DNA of 56,107 bases, counting the filler, from Sluysia triapertura (Eukaryota), in NCBI GenBank assembly GCA_046118255.1. It is 4 parts of 4 records of this genome, joined end to end, with 100 filler letters (N's around TTAATTAATTAA, not from the genome) between each part and the next. Parts side by side here need not be neighbours in the genome. Positions count along the whole stretch, not along the records: positions 16,809 to 30,190 come from JBJNIA010043462.1; positions 30,291 to 41,308 come from JBJNIA010190097.1; positions 41,409 to 56,107 come from JBJNIA010251751.1; 1 more part is not named here. One strand, given 5' to 3'. Both the position numbers and the translations under genes were made by a program. Shown here piece by piece: positions 28,844-41,945 of the stretch (positions within the stretch are counted from its first letter, which is position 1; each line of letters opens with the position of its first letter). The notes under the pieces were generated by a model, which saw only the letters and a program-made list of their open reading frames with translations, was not told where the DNA came from and ran no database searches.

Positions 28844-29711
28844 TATACATATATACGTAAATATCAAAATGATTATTAAATTTGCTATTCAAAATTGTAG
28901 GTATGTTCAAAATAAAATTATGGAAATTATTGATTTTATTCGTGAAAATAGCACTTTATTTTTAGTTAAGCAGAAAATTGATCAGTATAATAATAAAATA
29001 TTTAATTAATTATTTCCACTGAATGGATGTAAGTGTCAGAAAGCATCTAAAGCTGGTGGTGCTATTGTATAATAAATAATTAAAAAAGTTGTTATTGTTT
29101 CAGTTAAATATCATTCATTTGAATATTACTGACTAAATCAATATTATTAGTAGTTATATATAGATTACAAAGTAATTGAATTAGAGAATTTTTAGATGAA
29201 TTTAATGTTTATTGGCATATTATTTAGGAAAATTCGAAAATATTGTACTAGAAATAAATGAAGAATGTAATAAAAGAAATAAATTCTTTATATATAAAGA
29301 TTGACACACCGAGAAGAATAAATTTCATAGATGAGATCTCACACATCATCTTATCTTAAAGAATTATATTCGTTGCCAATAAAAGCAGTAAGAGTAGAAT
29401 TCAAAATCATAGCAATAATTTATAGATGATTATATTATGAAAATTTTGAATATCTATTTGACATAATAAAACATTCGGAAACCAAAATGAATATTAATTT
29501 ATACAAAATCCGCAGTTATAATAAGACTGGATGATACTGTTTATGTTCCAAATTAATGAAATATTTGCGAAAAAAGCAAATATCTTTCTATTTCAGAAAT
29601 ATAATAAATGATTTATTTTAAGCCTTTCTCAGTACTTATTTTATAATAGATATTAACTCAATATAAATTATTATATTATTATCATTATTATTTTTGTTAG
29701 TATTATTACTA

Positions 29712-29760
29712 CTGTGTTTCTCCGAAAATAAGTCCCACCCTGTAAATAAGACCTAGCGTG
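29712..29760. mobile_element. Tc1/mariner-pogo-like transposon end
   Basis: TA|CTGTGTTTCTCCGAAAATAAGTCC..AAATAAGACCTAGC, with an internal direct repeat typical of pogo-type TIRs; the partner end is not seen (gap nearby). Confidence 0.5.
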
Positions 29761-30190
29761 ATGTTTCAGGACGATTTGATACCTAATAAAAGTCAACGTA
29801 TGGCTTGAGACGGCGTTTAATGCATTCTTTAGCACAATTAGCTTTAAATTACAATACATTCTGAGAGATTATTTTCATTGTCAAAGCATCCTGTTTCACT
29901 ACATTCTTTCAATTCATTCCAATAAATGTGTCTAAATCAATATTTCACTGTAGAGTAAATTTTATGAACCATTTCTGTAGGAGGTTATCAAAAGGAGAGT
30001 TTCTACCCATAAACAAACCGCCATGATGGAACTTATTGAATCCTGATAAAAGAATGGCATCACGATGATGAGATCAAAGACTTGTGCCCAAGCTTATCCA
30101 AGCTCATTTAAGTATCAGAAAATTATTGGATAACAAAGGAGGGCAAACAAAGTATACTGATACAACTGTTTGTACATATTTGATTTGTAG

Positions 30191-30290
30191 NNNNNNNNNN
30201 NNNNNNNNNNNNNNNNNNNNNNNNNNNNNNNNNNTTAATTAATTAANNNNNNNNNNNNNNNNNNNNNNNNNNNNNNNNNNNNNNNNNNNN
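30191..30290. other. Assembly gap with linker
   Basis: Ns + TTAATTAATTAA. Confidence 0.99.
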
Positions 30291-32048
30291 CAATAAATTT
30301 CTAATTGGGTAATCAATGTTTTATAATACAAAACATGTCTCATTTTGGAATAATAGTTGTTCGTAGGGGTTTCATTATATACTATATAATATACAAATAT
30401 AGTATAATATATACATCTGGTTCTACCTTTATTTTATTAAAAAGCCTTCGAAATTCATAACTTTACGTTGTAATTTCATTCTTGTTTTTGTATTATATTC
30501 AACTGAATAATACATTATTATTAAATCATTCAGTGGGAGTTTAATTATTGAATAGGGCAGTAAAATCCTTCAAAGTCCCAGCCCTAATTTACATATATGA
30601 ATAAATAGTTGTATTGTTACATAACACTTCATTTCCTTGATTGAATTCATATATTCACTCTATTGGTTGATAACTAAATATTATCATTGAAGAATTCAAC
30701 TTAAATTGAATTATATTTAAATTCTGACTAAATAACAGAGTGAACCAATATACATTGTAGTCCAAGATCTATTTTACTTCACTTCGTACATTATTTTAAA
30801 TAATTAAAAAGTTAACGATACCGATTATTCGTCATAGATATATTATAATTAATATGGAACCAATCAATTACCTATAAGTCATTTCAGTAAAATAAATCAA
30901 AATCCCGCAGGACTACCTTCTTTAAGAATGTCAGATACTTATTATAGGCTAATCTAGCATCACATAAATATATTTTTCGACAATAATAATAATAGATTTA
31001 ATAACTATAAATTAATCATATATAAACAATTCATTATATGTATAAACAAAATGAAAATATTAAACAAGTAACACTATTACGTTTTAAATTTTTTTAAAAG
31101 AAAATAACAAGTTTTTATAAACTTTTTCTTAGATTATGTTTTTAAGACATTTACAATAACAAAGAATAGGGGGTTTAAAATAATAAAATTTATAAATAAA
31201 TAAATAAATGATGCGTAACTATTAAAAGTGATTTAAATATTAAAATAAGTGTTATTAATTTTATTAAATTTTAGTGTTAAACAATATAACCAATAATATT
31301 AATTAATATTAACCCTTTAATGCTATTTCAGCCATTTTAATTAATCACTGATTAGTGTGAGTTTTCAATTTCCACAATTTATTCAGTCAATCCCGTGAAT
31401 AATTATTTTTTATTACAATTATTACTATTATTATCATCAATTTCTATTTAAACACGAATAGACTTTTATGGTATAGTTACTTACAGCTTAAAAGGTATAT
31501 GGAAGATCTATTATTACAAAATTTAAAATTTTGAGTTTTTATAAGGTGAAGTTTAATGTGAAATTTGAGGAGTCTTAATATGATTGTAAGGTAATATGAT
31601 TCAAAAAAGGTAACATAAAGTCGCATACCCCCCAGAAAGACCAAAATATTGAAGAATTTGACATTGTGGAAGTTCTGCCTCATCGAGCCGATGCAGTACT
31701 TTATGAAAGGTTGAAGATTTGAATCATTCGATGAAGATTTTTCGATTCAAAACCGAAGGAGTGGTACTTTAACAAAATCCGAAAGCTTGTATATCGATGA
31801 GACTGGCAGTCTTTATTTTGAATTTCCACAAATATTCAACTTTTCGATAATGATCATTAATAAATAGGTGTTTCATAAATATTCAATATGGCGATATCCA
31901 TTTAGTGATACATTATATAGAAATAAGTAATATTCTAATTTATTAAAATAAGTGGACGAAAATACTTTCAATTATGCAGCAATTTCTTAATGATGGGATG
32001 TAGGTCTAAGGTACCACTTGGTATAGTTGACTATTCTAATATAAAAAT

Positions 32049-32080
32049 TGTTAGACAGGGCTCTTAGCTCAGTGGATAGA
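32049..32080 (+). mobile_element. Fragment of the tRNA-like element (5' half with A-box)
   Basis: TGTTAGACAGGGCTCTTAGCTCAGTGGATAGA. Confidence 0.55.
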
Positions 32081-32169
32081 ATCAATTAGTTCACAAGAAG
32101 ACACAAAATTCTATGATGATGAAAAAATGATGATAAACAAGAATAAATATAAAATCACAGATCAAGAGC

Positions 32170-32420
32170 AAACCTTGAACATCCTGAAGGACCTATACCA
32201 AGACAGCAGTAGTACCTACAAATCAATGGCATTATAACCAATCACGTATGGAGTGAAATAGGGATGTCCATAGTCCATGGCATAGTCCTCATCGGCACTA
32301 CCTTCGACAGACTACAACAAATTGTCAACGGAGTTGTCCAAAAAGCATATTCCGGCCTACGAAATGCTTCTACCACAACATCCCTGACTCGGGGTATTCC
32401 CTACCCCGATTCCATGTGTT
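32170..32420 (+). mobile_element. Decayed non-LTR (R2/NeSL-like) reverse transcriptase fragment
   Basis: NILKDLYQDSSSTYK..PITYGVK*GCP (= GVKQGCP), followed by IVLIGTTFDRLQQIVNGVVQKA..GL and KC (post-YADD segment). The YADD motif itself is deleted. Confidence 0.7.
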
Positions 32421-34302
32421 ATCAAGGAAACCAAACTCAGAACTGATATTTCACTTAATACTCTTAATTCGAATAAATGGAATAAGGTACGATAAATGTT
32501 TACATAATAATTAGTGTTATGGTAAGACTGTAGAAAAATTAAAACGATATATTAATTAGGTATTTTATTAAGATTGATCAAGATTCGAATGAAATGATTA
32601 GAAATGAATTATTGGATAATTCAAATTATAATATAAGCAACTCTTGTATAGTATTAAATTTCAAGATGTAATATGTAAATTTAAAGACGTAAGTCAAAGT
32701 AAGGTAAAATTTAATGAATGAATATTTCACTCTTAAAGAATGTTATGAAAATTGTACAAGAAACAATCAACCAATCAGATCATTTCAAACTTGGTTCAGT
32801 ACTAAACAGCTACTAAACCAGTGTAGAAGGGCGTATTTACTTAATGTAAATGTAAGACAAATTTATTTATTTATTTTTGATCATCATTTATTATTTATAT
32901 TGGTTTATTAAACAAAAGTATTCATTGAAAAAGAATTTTAAAAAGTAGTAAATGCTTAAGAAATTTATAAGAAACTTAAAAAATGTACTTTCATTATTGA
33001 CTTATGTTGAAAATACAATTTGATAATTAGTACACACGAGTATATTGTGTATAAAAGATTTTTAATAAACTTTTATCACACATTAAATTTTTATGTTTGC
33101 CTTATTTTTTTTCTTGTTTCTTCTTTTCGTGCTTAATTAATCTTTACAATTTAATCCAGTTTTATTGTAATTCATGAGATTTTGCTTTGTTTATTTTTCT
33201 CAAATTTTTTTAATTAATTTTTTTACATTTAATAATTTCAAAATTAATATTAAAAAAAATAAAATTTCAAATACTTAAATCTTGGAAGATTATGAAATAT
33301 TAAAAAGGTATTAGTGCTTTATAATAACAATATTATTATTATTACTATTATTATTATTATTATTATTGTGAAATTTTATTTTATTTTTGCTCACAAATAA
33401 ATTTATAAGAATGTGAGTTCACCAACGTATCTAGTCTTACCGGTTAGGGTTAGCTGTTAATTAATTGTACTTACTAATCGTAGTCAAGTTGATTCAGTAA
33501 AATTTGCCGGAGTAAATGATTATCTCTTTTAAAGAATCCTTTAAAAATAAATTTTTCGGGCTTCAATAAAAAAACAAAATTAATGTTAGAAAAGGTTATT
33601 TAATAATTGGTATTTTACAAAAAAATCCTTTTAAATAGGTTTTATATACATTTACACTTTCCGATAAATGTGGGAGAAATATGCTATAAGTACATATTTT
33701 AATATTTTAAAACTGTAAAATTTACTTACAATCCTTTTAAATAGAATTGATAATGAAATTCGTTATTAAAAACAAAACTTTGATGTGAAAGTTTATTATA
33801 TAACATAAAAGGTAAATATTAAAATGCAGAAAATTCATACAATAATATAAATAATAAATTTACACTATTAACTTATTTAGTTAATATTCTAAAAGAGCAA
33901 TTTTACGAAAGAACCTTTAAATATATATTGATAATTTAAGTTGATTTTACGGTGTACAAACAAAACAAACTAACGAATATTTAATCGAAATTTTAATACT
34001 TTATAAGTAATTGTCCAGTGATCAGCTCCACGAATTTTTGAAAGATATAATTAAAAATTATATTTTATTCAAATTAAAAGTTATGTTATTTATACTGATT
34101 TTTTGGGTTGACCTTGGTCAATTCTTAAAACAAATTAATTTTAAAATACATTACTAATTCGGTTAATTATTTTATTCTATTTAGCAATTCATATTTTACA
34201 AAAATAAATTGCTTACATTAATTCTTTAAAAAATTAAATTATTCCAACACTTAAAATCATTAAACAAAAATCAATAAATATCACTATGTATTATAAACAT
34301 TA

Positions 34303-34303
<1 letters not shown>

Positions 34304-34368
<65 letters not shown>

Positions 34369-34371
34369 TGT
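34304..34371. repeat. (ATT)n microsatellite
   Basis: Seen directly. Confidence 0.97.
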
Positions 34372-35326
34372 TACTGCCGATGTTTTTATCTTAAAAACTA
34401 CCTTACAGCAAAAATAAAAGTTAATAGAGTCAGCTTACAATATACGACTTATTAATGGCGTATTTTTAAGTAACGTGAGTATACAATAGAAATATAAGAA
34501 GTATCCATGGAAAATATAAAATCGGCGACCTTACTTTAAAAAACAAAATGAGAAATTCTAAAATAAAAAAAATATAATACTGTTAAATGTTGTGTTAAAT
34601 GTGTTGCTAATTTCATTTAAATTGTTAATTTCATTTATAAGTTCATTTCATTAAAGTGTGTTCATTTTATAAATCAATTGGGTACATAAATTTGTACATG
34701 AATTTATGAATCATTTAATGCATAAATTTACTAATCATTATTATAGATCATTGCTAATTGTCTAAATTTATAAATTATTCGTTTGGATTAATATTTTAAA
34801 GAAAAGAGACATTTTAAGTAAGGTTTTATTCTTGATAATTTTAATATAATTATAATTTTTAAATAAAAATTTTTGATATCAACGCAAAGGAATATATTTA
34901 TTTTATAATTTTATATTGTTTTAATAATGATCTCAAGGTCATTCGTTTTTATATATAAAGGTCTAAATTACGACCACATTCACGCACAAAATTTTACGTA
35001 ACTCGCTAAAGGAAAACCTTGCGGAGCAATTTTGACTATATTTTCCTTCAGTACATTGGAACCATATTCATTCTTTAATAGTTCTTATCGTTAATTTTTT
35101 ATTAATAAGTATCTTGCAGTTTTTAAAATTGCGTAACTAAAATAAACAAAATCAAATTCCATTTGCTACTATTTCAAAGTGGCTTATTGAAATCTCTTTT
35201 TAAAATAATTATACGAAGGATTATTCTGTTATGTAATCTGATTAAAACTATACTATATTATTTTATATGTACATTATTCCATTTATTAATAAATTATTGA
35301 TTATTGATTATTTTTGATAGCATTAC

Positions 35327-35505
35327 AGGTTCTAGTACGAACCTTATTAAAATCATTTACTAAAATCAATTAATAAGTTCCTTTTTGTGAAAGGTTCGGT
35401 TTAGAACCTAATTAAAATCATTTTTGTAATTGATAAAGGTTCATTTTAGGAACCTTATTAAAATCACTAATTTAAAGGTTCAATTTAAGAACCTCATTAA
35501 AATAT
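35327..35505. repeat. Four subterminal palindromic iterons AGGTTC-N6/7-GAACCT..ATTAAAAT
   Basis: Copies at ~35327, 35391, 35437 and 35475. Confidence 0.85.
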
Positions 35506-37967
35506 AATTAAAGTAGATTTTCAATTTCTCGCATTAATAAGAAATTAAATACTGAAAGCTCTCCCTGAAGTATTACACTTAATTAGCACCTCCGTTTACT
35601 TTAAATCTTTGATAGAAATCCAACGGCTGGCCCTAACCGGTAAGTCCAGTACGTTGGTGAACTCATACTAAGCTAAGCGTTTTATTCTAAAATCTTCTCA
35701 TATTTATCTTTTATATCGGGTATGTACTCTAAAGGAAACTTAATTAATTATTATAATTGATCATGACGATAATATGGTAATGAAATAAATAACATTTGTA
35801 TTATTATTTTACAACAATATAGTTGAAATATCTTCGAAAAGTGAGGCAAACAACGAAATTCCCGATAGATTTCATGTGATATTATGTTTAAATAAATAGA
35901 ATTACTAATCAATATAGTAAACACTCTAGAGTTAATGTTTAAATTTGCAAGTGGATGCAGCAAAAAGTACATAAGGCTTTTCATTCTAAATTACCTCCTT
36001 TTAATATATTAATAAATTCTTGAATTATGTATGTGGATGAATAGTAACGAAAAATGATTTTTTAAGAGTTTGAATTTAGTGAAATATATTGACAAATACA
36101 AATAAAGAGTAATAGAAATTTTCTGCTGTCAAACTTCAAAAACCAAGTAAAGTTGTAGGAAGTGAATATTTCTATTCGGAAAAAATAACTATTGCATTTT
36201 ACAGAAAGTTTTCAGTATTATAATTTCATACTTAACAAAGGTTTTGATACATTTACACATTAATTACAGTAGATCAAAATGATGGATTGTAATAATATTT
36301 TATCACATTCTTTGATAATATTTAAGGATAAATATAAAGAAATTCAAGAAAATCATAAAACAGATCTGAAGAAAAATTTTTATTTGATCTGCGAAAAGAA
36401 ACTGAAAGTCAATTTCATATTAATAATACGGCTATTAAAAGAACGAACTTGACAGAAAAGAAGTTATTAAAACAACGTATACCTGTTTAACATGTTAAAA
36501 ATATGCAGGTTTAAAACATATAAATGTTGTGCTTTTATCTTAATATTCCTTAACTTATAAAAGACAATTAAACGCTTCTTAATCTCAGTGTATTGTAACT
36601 ATATAAAAATATATCATAAGAAAAATCAATTAATGATTAAGTCAATATAACTCAATCTTTTATGACAATTAATTATTCAATAAAATAAAATTCAATTATA
36701 ATATTTAATCTCAGGGGTTACAGCACATACAAATGCTAGAATATAATAAATAAATAATCAAAATTCAAGATTCAACTAATCACAAATAATGGGCTTAAAA
36801 ATAAAATTTAATCTGATTTCTAAATAATTGTAGGATTCAATCAGTGTTTGCCACATCTGTATTGAATCAGCCTTATTACAATAAAAGTTGTAACTGCTAT
36901 AATTTTCTTTTATTCTGTTTGTGTTAAATGATATAAAAATGTGGTTCGGTGTACAGTCCTGAATTCGACGGAATTATTTGCATACCGAAAAGACATGCTT
37001 AATTCTTAGAGTCGGTTTTATGCCAACCAATTTTGTTAATCGAATTTGAACATAAATTTTTGTCGAATTTCCATCTTAATATTATTTAGTAATTTGCGGC
37101 AGACAAACTCATATCTTTTGAACATAAAAAAATTAAAATTTAAGATCATAGTTAATGTAATAAATCTGATTGTATGTTGAATAATAAACCTGACTAAAAC
37201 TAACTCGATATTGGTTTTATTTATTGTGATATTATTTAATGTGTATATTTATTAACGGAATTGATATTAATTTATAATGTAAGTTTTATTTATTGTTAAT
37301 TTGAAAAAATTTATTGTTTTAATCTGAAAAGATTAATTGTTTAGGAAAAAACTAACGACGAATTATCAAATTAATTATTCTGTTTTGTTAAATTATTAAC
37401 CAAGGTCAATAATCTAGTATAAAAATTGGAATTATTTGACCATTCACTCACAAAAAAATTTTTGATTTTAAATCTAAGCTGTCGAAAAGGAACTCTATTC
37501 TTTGAAATCATCAGAGCAGATTTTGTATTATTAGTCGTTATTTTTTTATTTATATGGTTAAGCGGTACTTCAAAACCGCAGAGTAAATTACACTTAAAAT
37601 CTTTTTATTAACGATTATTTGAATTAACTTTTGATGTTATCTACGTAAAGTCATATTTTTTAAAATCCATATAAAATATTATCAATTAAAAAATAATCTT
37701 CATAAAATAACCGTATTTATATTATATTTAATTTTTTGTATGGCGTATTATCGATATTAAAGAGAAAATTATGTATACACAATGACAATAACTAGTTAAT
37801 AATAAAATATTATATATATAATCTTTTGGTGTAAAGTTTTAATGTAAAATTACGACACATGATTAAAAGATTCGTTAGAAAATTATTAATAATTTTAATT
37901 AAGATTTTACGACCTAATAAAATAGGTTACCTTAATAAATATAATCTAACAATTAATTAAATAGAGC

Positions 37968-38072
37968 TCCGTGAAGTAAAGTATTCTCCGTCAAATAAAT
38001 TGTGATGTATCCTCCGTCGGATAAATCACAAAGTGTTCATTGTTGAATGAAGTATTTTCCGTCAAATAAATT
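37968..38072. repeat. Cluster of GTATTCTCCGTCAAATAAAT-like direct repeats
   Basis: Three full copies and one partial copy. Confidence 0.75.
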
Positions 38073-38889
38073 TGTTCCAAATACACTATTACTTGAATAC
38101 TGTGAAGCCAATAAGACGATAAACTTTTTAAAGAAATGCAATTTGTGTTTAATCTTATATACTTGGTGAAAGTCACCTTTATTCAGAATTTAAATTATTT
38201 GATTTAAACAAGATATTTAATTTTATAGAATAATTTATATGTAAATATTAATTTAATCGCAAATATAAGGATATAAATAATTTACATAAATTATTTAAAC
38301 TATATTAATTTGGTTAATTTGGCATAAATAATTTTGAAAATTACATTATTAAACTACATTAATTCTAGTAAATTCCAGACACGACATTTTATTATTTAAA
38401 CTTTAAATTTGTTATTGATTAATTAACTAATAAACCTTGGATACATAAACTTTAGACTTGACATTTTAATTTGCGAAGTAATTTAAGTAGAAGAAAAATT
38501 AATGTTTGATCATTAATCTGACTTAATGAAATTTGACAGGTCGAACCACGTAACTATCAAGGGTGTTATTGTTGGTTTAATTCTCAAAGGAAGTTATAAT
38601 GATTTATGCAATGTTTGATTGTAAAACTCAAGAATGATTGGATAATAAGAAAGTATAAAAGGGAATACTTACAAAATTTAAGTCACAAAGAAAATTTACA
38701 TAGAATATACAAGTCAATGTTCAACGCATTATATTATTATTATTTTTATTAATAAAATTTTTTTATTATTTTATTTTATGCGATTAATTGCAAATAAAAT
38801 TTAATTTTTGGGAAAAATTAAATTTAAGTTTTTGAGAAAATTAAGTTAATTTTTTATTAAGATTATATTAATTTGATTTTCGTGAGATT

Positions 38890-41000
38890 TGTCTATATCT
38901 ACATATACATATCACATCAATCATAATATTCATCGACACAAACCTCATTATAAACAATTACATTATAACAAGTCTCATCTATGTCATGCACAACATTACA
39001 ACACTCATCCTTATAAAATCGCAAATGCCTAATAAAATCGTTTTTGCCAATACTTTTCATCAAAATAAAACACAACGCATTGTCACCTTGCCATCATTAA
39101 GATACAATATCTTTTTATCTGCATGTCACAATCTTTTATTTTATATTTTCATATATTTTAAATTTTTTAATAATTTTTTTCTGGCAAAAATTAATGCAAC
39201 ATATATAAAGAAAAGCCTAAGGCTATTGGAATTGCTACAAAAATGAACTACATGGCTTTGGATTTTAAAACTAAAGATTCATATAAATGTACTAGTTTTA
39301 CTAACTCACATTTTAAATATAGTTTCATAAGTGAACGAAAATTTATTTTATATGAAATAATAGTTTCTTTTGTTGTAATTTTACATTTTTTATTTATCAA
39401 TATATTTTATTATATTTCTTTTTAACAAGTAAGAAAAAATTGTATTAATCGTTTTATATGCCAAAAAAATTAAACAATGTTGAACTTGAAAAAATTCGAA
39501 GGGAGAAGGAAAGAATTCAAAGAGAAATTGATGAAGCAGCTAGATTAAAAGAGATGAAAAAACCAAGATTATGTAAAGTTTATACGAAATTGTTTTAATA
39601 TTAGAAAATTTTAAAAAATAAACAAAAGTTTTTATATTTTAAATGCGCGATTTTGAACAAGGTTTCAGTAGTTAGATGGATTAGGAAATGGTGAATCTTA
39701 TGAAAGAATCTTTAATGATCAATTTAATGTTAATTGGAAAAACAAATCCTGCTACTAAACCGGAATTTAATTGTAGATTGCGTACAGCGCTAAATTTTAG
39801 TCAAACTCAATTAACAGTTAATGCTTTAATAACACAACAAAATGCTCTATTTTTAATTCACTCAATATTATCTGAAGCTACAGAAACAAATGATGCTTGG
39901 ATCACCAAACACCGACGCTTGTTTGTAAAATTACACAATTTTATCCGAGAAACTTTGTCTGAACGTCTGGTGGTTCGAGTTGATTCGGGTCAGCTATCAA
40001 GGAAGAAGTAATCGAGACACTGGAGTTGGCGGACTTTTTGTACTCGAATAACATTGTGCTAAGTAAAAAGGAATATAATCTTCGTGTTGCGGAGAACTCT
40101 GGTATTAATCCTGCGTTTTTAAAATTAATGATTTCTGTAGTTTTAATACAAGACCTAGTGAAGGTATGCATAATGATTTTGAATCAATTGACCAGAGTGA
40201 AAGTTTGAAATTAATCATACATAATGTACCAAATAATAATGTTTCTATTCTAAAAAGAGATTCAGACTGCAAAATTTTTGAAGTTGATCAACTGCATAAA
40301 ACTGTTTATTTAAGTTTTGTAATTAACTTACTAAAAACTCACATTATTCATACGATGCATCGTTATTATGATAATTTTTGGATAATTTACTTTGGATATC
40401 TTACTTGGATAATTTTTTTCACAATTTAGCTATCGAGCTCAACATTTTAAATAATTTTAAAAATAAGGAAACTAATGAAGTCGATACTCATATTGCAGAT
40501 GAATACCTCCACAAAAAATTAAATATTGCTGAGATTTATTACAACCACGTTATTGCTCATCCTGAATACAATATTATTTTTGTTTTTATGTTTTATCCTG
40601 TTGATGCGATTGTCTATTTCGAACTTAACATTTTAAATGATTTTAAAAATAAAAAGACGAATAAAGTCAATCTGTATAAAGTAAATGAACGTATTCATGA
40701 AAGCCAATATAGCGTCTTAAATTATTTTAAAATCCACTATAATTGTATCACAGTTTATTTTGTGTATGATATTTTTCTTGATTCTAAATCTTAATGCGGA
40801 ATTTATACCATTCGAGACGAGTGCGTACAACGATCCGAATTTGGGTAGAGCCATTGCTTGTAATAAATGTAAGTATTATATGATTAGACTGATTTGTTTT
40901 ATACATGTGTCATCAATTATTGTTAAAGTTGTCCTTGTTGCGCCATTATATTTAATAATAATGTCGATTACTCTATTTAATAAAACCTCAATAATTAATC
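38890..41000 (+). mobile_element. Relative of the 12541 element: CA-rich leader followed by a chain of broken ORFs
   Basis: AAACCTCAT.A.AAACAA, TAATAAAATC.TTTT and AACGC.T(G)T..CACCT occur in the same order and similar spacing as at 12595-12745. They are followed by coiled-coil VELEKIRREKERIQREIDEAARLKE (~39480) and overlapping ORFs 39688-41005. Confidence 0.5.
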
Positions 41001-41308
41001 ATTAAATTCAATATAAAATTATCACAATTTTCCTTACTTCGATAATGTTGTTTATTCAACCCAAAAATTAAGTGTTATTAAGCAAAATAAACAATTTGTG
41101 AAAACAAACGACAAATATACACACTTTTCATACATTGAATAGCAAATCAATTTATCTGAATGAACTTACTGATATAATGAACTTGTTGATATATTTATTG
41201 ATTAATAATGCATAAATTGAAAAATTTTTTATACATAATTATTATATTTGATTAAAACTTTTATTGGATTTTTATATTTAAAGTATGTTGTTAAATTTTA
41301 TAATTTAA

Positions 41309-41408
41309 NNNNNNNNNNNNNNNNNNNNNNNNNNNNNNNNNNNNNNNNNNNNTTAATTAATTAANNNNNNNNNNNNNNNNNNNNNNNNNNNNNNNNNNNN
41401 NNNNNNNN
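41309..41408. other. Assembly gap with linker
   Basis: Ns + TTAATTAATTAA. Confidence 0.99.
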
Positions 41409-41502
41409 TTTTTTGAAATAATTATTTGAAAATAACTAAATTAATTGAAATATTTTAATTATTTTAAATGTTTAAATGATAACTAAATTTAACTAAATTA
41501 GA

Positions 41503-41582
41503 TATAAATCTAAAGGTCATTAGCTTTACATAATTCTAAAGGTCATTGTTCTACATAAATCTAAAGGTCATTAGCTTTACAA
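41503..41582. repeat. Three tandem ~26-bp ATAAATCTAAAGGTCATTAGCTTTAC units
   Basis: Seen directly. Confidence 0.85.
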
Positions 41583-41789
41583 TTATATGAGAAAGTTTCA
41601 TTATATTTTTATAATTTCTAAAATAAGCTTTAAAATTAGTAAATTATATATGCTTCTACTGTTTAATTATTCTTGATATCTATTTTTTAATTGTTTTTCT
41701 GGATATTTAGAAAAGACGAAAAATCATCAAACATTTTTACAAATTAGTGTTAAACAAATTTCAAAGCAGTCATAATTTTTTTTATTTAA

Positions 41790-41945
41790 CACGTTGAAAG
41801 CCACGCTAATTTTACATGGTTTTGCCCGTCTGGCCAAAATGAATTTCTCAGTATGTGTTTCTAATAATCTTGGCCTCGCCGGTCGCCGGCGACTCCCTTG
41901 GTGCTACGAACAAACTCAGTGCCGGCCACTGATTTGTTCAATGTG
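41790..41945. mobile_element. piggyBac-type MITE (156 bp)
   Basis: TTAA|CACGTTGAA ... TTCAATGTG|TTAA: TIR plus TTAA target duplication, with a GC-rich interior. Confidence 0.85.

Larger units (their letters stand above)
33410..35669. mobile_element. ~2.26-kb non-coding element bounded by ~50-bp TIRs
   Basis: Left AATGTGAGTTCACCAACGTATCTAGTCTTACCGGTTAGGGTTAGCTGTT versus right (reverse complement) AGTATGAGTTCACCAACGTACTGGACTTACCGGTTAGGGCCAGCCGTT; no clear TSD. Confidence 0.8.

Noticed and set aside
27900-29620. Possible decayed D5/SF3 helicase-like region (RRINFIDEISH at ~29310)
   Set aside because: Only a Walker-B-like word is visible; no Walker A or continuous frame. A translated profile search is needed.
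35327-35505. CRISPR-like palindromic repeat array
   Set aside because: Spacers are short and irregular (~6-30 nt), the loops vary, there are no cas genes, and the context is eukaryotic.
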